DNA of 64,000 bases from Mobula hypostoma (Eukaryota), in assembly GCF_963921235.1 (NCBI RefSeq), contig NC_086097.1:252652001-252716000 (forward strand). The letters run 5' to 3'. The translations under genes were made by a program, and so were the position numbers. This document shows, piece by piece, positions 61,545 through 64,000 of the stretch (its first letter is position 1; every line of letters begins with the position of its first letter). A model generated the notes under the pieces. That model was not told the origin of the DNA. It saw only the letters and a program-made list of their open reading frames with translations, and did no database searches.

Positions 61545-62740
61545 CAGGACTTTTGGTCTGTAGAGCAGTCATCCTTCCGACATTGCTGTGTGAAGCTGAA
61601 TCGTCAATCTACTGGAGGCACCTCAAAGCCCTGCAATAATACCACTAAAGGTCCTTATGAGATTTTTTGAGAATCAGCTGGATGTTCAGATGGACCACAA
61701 AAACCTACAGCCGAGAGTAAAAAACCACCCAGAGGATCACCAGGGTCTCCCTCTCCCCATTTGTGATGTTTACCAGATCGTAGGCAGAGGACCTGAAGCA
61801 TTGTTGAGGATCCCTACCACCCATCCCACAGTCTCTCTGACCCACTACCACCAGGAAGGAGGTACAGGAGCATCAGGACTAGAACTGCCAGACTGGGTAA
61901 CAGCTTCTTCCCTCAGGCTGTGAAGTTAATGAACACCCTGTCTCTGCTGATATCTCATCACCAGGGCAACAGGCTGTTTACTGTTTACCTGTACTGCACT
62001 TTACTACATGTATTTTGAATTATAATTTATTTGTGGTACTAGGTTGTTTCATGTGCACGTGTGAATATGTGTTTTGTGGGTGCACTGTGGTCCGGAGGAA
62101 CATTGTTTCGTTTGGTTGTATATATGTACAGTCAGATGACAATACACTTGAACTTGAACACCAGCGTGCTGGAGAAGGCCAACATGAACAGCATCTCCAC
62201 CACAAAAAAGCAACACCAACTCCGATGGATAGGTCATGTCATCCGAATCTCTAACTCACGGATCCTTCACTCCTAGTTGAAGGAAAGTCACTGAGCTGCT
62301 GGTGGGCAAAGGGACTGGGAAGACATTGCACTCAGTAGATACACCTGGAGCGAACCTGTTCAAGAGGGAGCTGTGCTACATGAGGACAACCTCCTCTGTG
62401 CTGCAGAGAACAAACAGCAGCTGTGAACGGAGAGACTGAATAACCAGAAGACCCAAACACTAACCACAGACACCACTTACTCGTGCCCATACTGAACCAG
62501 AATATGTGGATCCTGGATTGGCCTCTCCAGACACCACTTACTCGTGCCCATACTGAACCAGAATATGTGGATCCTGGATTGGCCTCTCCAGACACCACTT
62601 ACTCGTGCCCATACTGAACCAGAATATGTGGATCCTGGATTGGCCTCTCCAGACACCACTTACTCATGCCCACATTGAACCAGAATATGTGGATCCTGGA
62701 TTGACCTCTACAGACACCTGAGGGCAATAAGAGAACATCA
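61545..62740 (+). mobile_element. Old RTE-like LINE 3' region, interrupted by a Rex1-like 3' fragment (~61690-62158)
   Basis: VCRAVILPTLLCEAES..YWRHLKAL; TSVLEKANMNSI..QLRWIGHVIR; terminal CP..TRICGS.IGL..HLR. Confidence 0.7.
62467..62717. repeat. 61-bp minisatellite, ~4 copies
   Basis: Units start at 62467, 62528, 62589 and 62650. Confidence 0.95.
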
Positions 62741-62819
62741 TACTTGACTCGAGTGATTTTTATAATATCAATTTTGGACCTTATATGTATTGTTTAGGGA
62801 AGCAGGGAGGAGATTTGTC

Positions 62820-63125
62820 TCTATCTAAGGGAGTGCAAGATGCTCCTTCCCTCTGCTAGCCTTGGGTAAAGTGTATCACCTGCTTAACTCTCCCAGTCAG
62901 TGTCACGTGAAGGCATGGGAGGAGGTCGTATGAGCTGCTGGTGCACATCACAAGTCGTAATAATGCGACCACTGATACCAGACAGACGATCTCTGAAGAG
63001 TATTGATAATGGTTAGGGTCTCCCGTCTTGTAAAGATACTGCCCAGAAGAAGGCAATGGCAAGCCACTTCTGTAGAAAAGTTTGCAAGTCCAGATCACCC
63101 ATGTCATATGACGCAGCACATGACA
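62820..63125 (+). mobile_element. RTE-related SINE/non-autonomous element
   Basis: Contains gaagaaggcaatggcaagccact, resembling the RTE/BovB-related GAAGGCAATGGCAAACCAC motif. Confidence 0.5.
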
Positions 63126-63210
63126 AGCAAACTTATTATTAAGGGTGAACCTTGTTTATATTTTTTCATTTCGTATCTGCACCCTAATGCATAATTTACT
63201 TGGGACTTAC

Positions 63211-63228
63211 CCAAACCCAATGCTCTTC
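63211..63228 (-). CDS. Candidate 18-nt frame-preserving microexon (GAAGAGCATTGGGTTTGG)
   Basis: gtgttcttatttcttctatctgtgcag|18 nt|gtaagt: long pyrimidine tract and perfect donor, in unique sequence. Confidence 0.5.
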
Positions 63229-64000
63229 CTGCACAGATAGAAGAAATAAGAACACCCATCTCGTTGGCCAGATCAGGTTTTCTTGGTACCTGCTGTTGAG
63301 AGGTTCAATGATTACATTTAGTTTCGGAGAATGTATACAGCATACGATCTCAAGATTTTACTCTTCACAGACATCCACAAAACAAAAAAAAACACAAAGA
63401 ATGAATGACAGAAAAATGTTTGAACCCCAAACCCCCCGCCCTCCTGCTACCTGCCTCAGCAAAAGCATCAGGCCTCCCACCACCAGCCAGGCAAGCAAAG
63501 GCAAAGCCCCCAGAGAGCCCACCAAAAGAAAGCATCCCTACACTTCGACATGCCACAGGCTTTTGCCCTCACTAACGAGGGAGAAAGAAGTATCACTCCT
63601 GCCAGAGTGAGAAGCTGTTGACAAGAACTCTGCCTGCCCGAGGTCATGCATTTCCCAATCCTTTACAGCAGGAAGTCAAAGATCTGTAAAGACAGATGTT
63701 AACAGGCCCTAATAAATAATTTCTAGACCATAAGACATAGGAGCAGATTTGCCCATCAAATCTGCTCTGCCATTTAATCATAGCTGATTTATTTTCCTTT
63801 CCAATCCCATTCTTTTTCCTCTGACCCCTTACTAATCAAGAATCCGTCAATCTCCGCTTTAAATATACACAGTACCCTGGCCTCCACTGCCGTCTGCAGC
63901 AATGAACTCCATCCTCTGGCTAAAGAAATTCCTCCTCACCTCTGTTCTAATGGATGTCCCTCTATTCTGAGGCTGTGCCCTCTGATCCTAGACTCCCCAC

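Overview
This is eukaryotic, almost entirely transposon-derived DNA. The repeat mix (many CR1 LINEs with SGNH-esterase ORF1 and 8-nt microsatellite tails, V-SINE/HE1-type SINEs, Rex1/Babar, RTE, L1-clade, Penelope-like, hAT and Tc1 remnants) suggests a cartilaginous fish, probably a ray; this is inference. Five points stand out. (1) About 10 Penelope-like pseudo-LTR copies carry a minimal type I hammerhead-ribozyme core, and three form tail-out inverted pairs with 13-16 bp target-site duplications (TSDs). (2) A ~13 kb nested insertion stack lies inside one old CR1 (9058-21972), and most junctions have readable TSDs. (3) A young CR1 copy retains an uninterrupted endonuclease + reverse transcriptase (RT) ORF2 (17469-20279, minus). 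(4) Phase-compatible candidate exons of an unidentified minus-strand host gene are present: 18-nt and 13-nt microexons, a GC-donor exon and two possible alternative last exons. (5) Several minisatellites occur, one built from an RTE zinc-finger coding segment. No CRISPR array, rRNA or intact tRNA gene was seen. Boundaries of decayed repeats are approximate, and no database searches were run.
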